Assembly: GCA_040388415.1 (NCBI GenBank) | Contig: JAZKBV010000001.1 | Location: forward strand, 74,369 to 138,368 | Source of the DNA: Patescibacteria group bacterium | Lineage (GTDB): Bacteria > Patescibacteriota > Minisyncoccia > Phycocordibacterales > PALSA-1337 | Reading direction: 5' to 3' | Length of the DNA stretch: 64,000 nucleotides | In this document: piece by piece, positions 61,080 to 64,000 of the stretch | How positions within the stretch are numbered: the first letter of the stretch is position 1 | How the letters are laid out: each line of letters starts with the position of its first letter | Position numbers and translations under genes: made by a program | The notes under the pieces: generated by a model | The model's database searches: none | Told to the model about the DNA's origin: nothing | What the model saw: the letters and a program-made list of their open reading frames with translations, nothing else

Positions 61080-62237
61080 ATGAAAAAAACAGCATTATAC
61101 CTCGTCTCGCTCGTCGTTCTCGTTATCCTTCTTGGCGCGTCGATGGCTTTTGTCGGCAGTCGCCCATCAGTGCGCGCAGTCGCTGCATCTAACTGTATTT
61201 CAACAGAGAGCAACTGTCTCTCGGGCTGGGCATGGTCATCGAATATCGGCTGGGTTAGTTTCAATTCTACAGATTCTGGCACTGGTTCAACCGTCGCATA
61301 CGATGTAGCTATCGATAATTCAGGCAATCTAAGCGGCTATGGCTGGTCAAATAATATCGGCTGGATTAGTTTTAACTCTTCAGATTTGAGTGTTTCTCCA
61401 GCTTGTAGCGGCACAGCGCCAGCAAACGTTAATACAGCGAGCGGTGCGGTTACTGGTTGGGCACGCGCTGTTGTAGGTAAAGGTAGAACAGATGGTTGGG
61501 ACGGATGCATCGAGCTTTCCGGTACCAATCACTCATCGCCTGACACAAGTGGATATAATGGCACCTCAACTTTGGGTGTCACCTATAGCAGCTCTTCTCA
61601 TAAGTTCAGTGGTTTCTCATGGGGCGGCGATGTTGTCGGTTGGTTGCAGTTCGGCCCAACTGCTGGATATGATATTGTCTGTGCGCCAACAGGAGTGTGT
61701 CCGGGCACAAACTCAGGCTTAGCTCTTCAGGTCTTCGATCCTTTGATTGGCTGGTCTACTTCTACGGTTGTAACTGCGGATTCAAACGGTAATGTCGCTG
61801 TCAATGTTCAATGGACGCCAAATAATGTTACGAATGTTAAAACTGCTATTGGTTCTGATTGGCCGGAGGGAACAAACGTCCCGACAAGCGGTTCAGGTGT
61901 GTCATTTACTACACCAGGTACAGAATCAGTGTCATTCACAAATACTGGAAGCACTCAAATCACAAAGACACTCATGTTGTCGTACTATCAGTCTGGTATT
62001 CAGCATAACTCTTCACCTGTAACGATATATATAAATCCATACGTTGCAGCTTCCAGTGCAAAATGCGTCGTCCCAGCGCATGCGACTTTCTGTGACCCGG
62101 CTGATGCAGGACAAACAGGCACCGCGGTCGGTGCCGCTACCTGCAGTACGCCGAAGGTTATGTGTGAATTTACCTGTGATACTGGATATAAGTTGAAAGG
62201 TGGTATCTGTGCAAAATCGTCAATCGAAGAGATTTAA
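61080..62237 (+). CDS. Secreted surface protein with GWAWSSNIGW repeats
   Basis: Signal peptide; repeated G(W/Y)xWSxNIGWxSF, VTGWAR, GWDG.I.L, Cys-rich end. Confidence 0.75.
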   Translation: MKKTALYLVSLVVLVILLGASMAFVGSRPSVRAVAASNCISTESNCLSGWAWSSNIGWVSFNSTDSGTGSTVAYDVAIDNSGNLSGYGWSNNIGWISFNSSDLSVSPACSGTAPANVNTASGAVTGWARAVVGKGRTDGWDGCIELSGTNHSSPDTSGYNGTSTLGVTYSSSSHKFSGFSWGGDVVGWLQFGPTAGYDIVCAPTGVCPGTNSGLALQVFDPLIGWSTSTVVTADSNGNVAVNVQWTPNNVTNVKTAIGSDWPEGTNVPTSGSGVSFTTPGTESVSFTNTGSTQITKTLMLSYYQSGIQHNSSPVTIYINPYVAASSAKCVVPAHATFCDPADAGQTGTAVGAATCSTPKVMCEFTCDTGYKLKGGICAKSSIEEI

Positions 62238-62260
62238 TTTTAGCCTTGAATTTGTAATGT

Positions 62261-62293
62261 AAAAAATCGCACTCAGTTAATGAGTGCGATTTT
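62261..62293. terminator. Bidirectional terminator
   Basis: AAAATCGCACTCA-GTTAA-TGAGTGCGATTTT. Confidence 0.85.
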
Positions 62294-62307
62294 GATTGTC
62301 GTAACGA

Positions 62308-63030
62308 TTATTTTCTGAAGGACTTTCTGCGTTGTGAGGCGATAAGGATCGTCAGTCCTCCGATGCCTGCCAAGACAAGTGTCGATGGTTCAGGCACGGG
62401 GTTCACAATGTTTGCGTTCATCGTGGTGCTCAATTGACCAAGAGAGTAGCTTACCGTATCAGTCTCCGGGAGGAGAGGTTTCCATGCTGCCAAGGTGCTT
62501 GCTACTGTTCCGTTGACATCAAAGGTGATGCCGGTGCCGATCCCGTAAATCGCATTTACCAATGAATTTGCATTTCCAGTTGTGTAAATGACGTCATCTG
62601 CATTGCCAGGAATGCCATCTGAACCGTAGTAGATGCCGATGCCGAAGATGTCATAGGTCAAGCCAAGGTCGCCGAATGTCCCCGATGAAGCACCTGCGTA
62701 TTTGTTCGTATCGCTCCATCCAACTTGGGAAAGAGTGAAGGTTGTTGAACGTGTCAGTGCGATTGCGTAGACAAGGACGTTGCCCACACCACCATTGTTC
62801 AGGATCTGCGAAATGCTCACAGAGCTGTTATTGGTCAGGAATGAAGACGTGTCGCCGTTCCGAAGCTGGTTCCCAATAGTTTGGGCGCCAGAGCGGTTGA
62901 TGTCAGTGACGGTGCCGTAGATGCCGATCGTCCCTTGCCCCTGCGAAGAGGAAGGGGAGACCAGTGTGATGACCAATGCGACGCACGAAAGCGCCGCCGT
63001 GATGAACCGACGAGTAGTTGTAGTTTTCAT
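62308..63030 (-). CDS. PEP-CTERM sorting-signal protein
   Basis: Signal peptide and C-terminal VPEPSTLVLAGIGGLTILIASQRRK. Confidence 0.88.
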   Translation of the reverse strand: MKTTTTRRFITAALSCVALVITLVSPSSSQGQGTIGIYGTVTDINRSGAQTIGNQLRNGDTSSFLTNNSSVSISQILNNGGVGNVLVYAIALTRSTTFTLSQVGWSDTNKYAGASSGTFGDLGLTYDIFGIGIYYGSDGIPGNADDVIYTTGNANSLVNAIYGIGTGITFDVNGTVASTLAAWKPLLPETDTVSYSLGQLSTTMNANIVNPVPEPSTLVLAGIGGLTILIASQRRKSFRK

Positions 63031-63081
63031 AGATCGAATTTTTCCTTTGAGAGATGGCTTTGTTTGGTTGCGCCATATCTC

Positions 63082-63124
63082 ACTGCTACCTAGTATTATA
63101 CCAGATATGATGGTATTTAGTCAA
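63082..63124 (-). promoter_or_regulatory. Sigma70-like promoter with ATACCA..TGGTAT palindrome
   Basis: TTGACT-18-TATAAT; matches 13723..13768. Confidence 0.7.
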
Positions 63125-63202
63125 CATGCTTATAGGGTTGTGTCAAATGGCTCTATTTTGAGGTATTTGCCATATCAACTGATTAAAACTATACTTGTTT
63201 GC

Positions 63203-63850
63203 ATGAATCAAAGTTTAAAGGAGAAGCTCATTTCTATCGCCAAAGAAGTGTCTGCCAAAAGAGATTGCTCCCATGATTTTAATCATGTTATCAGGGTGAC
63301 AAAATTGGCTGAGATTATTGCGGAAACTGAGAATGCTGACGTTGAAGTTATTGTTCCTGCTGCACTATTTCATGACGCTATAGTCTATAAAAAGAATTCG
63401 GTAGAGAGTAAAAATGAGGCAGATGAAAGCGCAGCTTATGCTGCCAAACAACTCGAACAGATCAGCGGTTATCCCGCGGAAAAAATAGAAAAAGTCCAAC
63501 AATGCATACGGGAATGTTCTTTCTCAAAAGGCATTGTGCCAAAATCGTTGGAATCTAAAATACTTCAGGATGCTGATAGGCTTGAGGCAACGGGCGCCAT
63601 TGCGATCATGAGAACGTTTGCATCGTGTGAAAATATGAATATTCAATTCTATGAGCCATCAGACCCGTTTTGTAAAAAGGGTGCAGTGCCATTTAGATCT
63701 GGTCTCGATTTGTTCTACAATCGGTTGTTACTCGTGGAAGATGGTATGCATACCAGTTTTGCAAGAAAGATCGCAGAGCGAAGAACGCTTTTTCTAAAGA
63801 ATTTTTTGGAAGAGCTTAATCTTGAGCTTATTGAGTCAAAAGTAATTTAA
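63203..63850 (+). CDS. HD-domain phosphohydrolase (YedJ-like)
   Basis: SHDFNH..RV, AALFHD, LQDADRLEA.GAI. Confidence 0.88.
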   Translation: MNQSLKEKLISIAKEVSAKRDCSHDFNHVIRVTKLAEIIAETENADVEVIVPAALFHDAIVYKKNSVESKNEADESAAYAAKQLEQISGYPAEKIEKVQQCIRECSFSKGIVPKSLESKILQDADRLEATGAIAIMRTFASCENMNIQFYEPSDPFCKKGAVPFRSGLDLFYNRLLLVEDGMHTSFARKIAERRTLFLKNFLEELNLELIESKVI

Positions 63851-63856
63851 TATACG

Positions 63857-64000
63857 ATGGAAAATTCTTCTTTAGAAAGTAACAATGAAAATATCGATCC
63901 GATTAAACCTTTTGAAAGAGAGGATGCATGGAAAGCGGTTGAGCAACTAACGATGGAATTCGGCTCCTATTATTCGAGCTTAGGGTACATAGAGCATCAG
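63857..64000 (+). CDS. Hypothetical protein, truncated by the window end
   Basis: Open frame MENSSLESNNENIDP... runs to the edge. Confidence 0.4.
   Translation, partial: MENSSLESNNENIDPIKPFEREDAWKAVEQLTMEFGSYYSSLGYIEHQ

Noticed and set aside
62921-63202. N-terminal extension of the HD protein
   Set aside because: It overlaps the PEP-CTERM gene and its promoter; ATG 63203 follows TATACT.

Overview
This is a gene-dense chromosomal segment using the standard bacterial code. Gene content points to a Patescibacteria/CPR genome of the Parcubacteria type. The evidence is a pilin, 'GWAWSSNIGW' surface proteins, a VirD4/HerA-like ATPase, secG-SBP5-rnj, a truncated pyruvate kinase, a class II RNR, tRNAs without encoded CCA and near-leaderless genes; the taxonomy is an inference. 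The backbone is housekeeping: rplY, rnj, secG, lemA, nrdJ, rnpB, murJ, lepA, gpmI, eno, dnaG, rpmE, prfA, rpsB, tsf, greA, lysS, mraZ-rsmH-ftsL-ftsI-murF and valS, plus tRNA-Ser/Thr/Glu. No integrase, transposase, CRISPR array or rRNA was seen. Five signals stand out. (1) At ~30.7-31.0 kb an atypical 70-nt tRNA-like RNA with Ala-type G3-U70 is followed by a putative separately promoted small RNA complementary to its 3' end and anticodon arm. (2) At ~60.3-61.0 kb an NYN nuclease gene has a convergent, promoter-bearing hairpin RNA and shares an exact 17-bp upstream motif with the tRNA-like locus. (3) Several stand-alone orphan genes have their own consensus promoter and terminator; two carry diderm-type sorting tails (PEP-CTERM and a Verrucomicrobia-like tail) and share a palindromic promoter. 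(4) A 154-bp structured element sits at the tRNA-Glu 3' end with a 16-bp duplication. (5) Heptamer-repeat insertions lie inside rsmH, lepA and pyk. All calls are by eye, without database searches.
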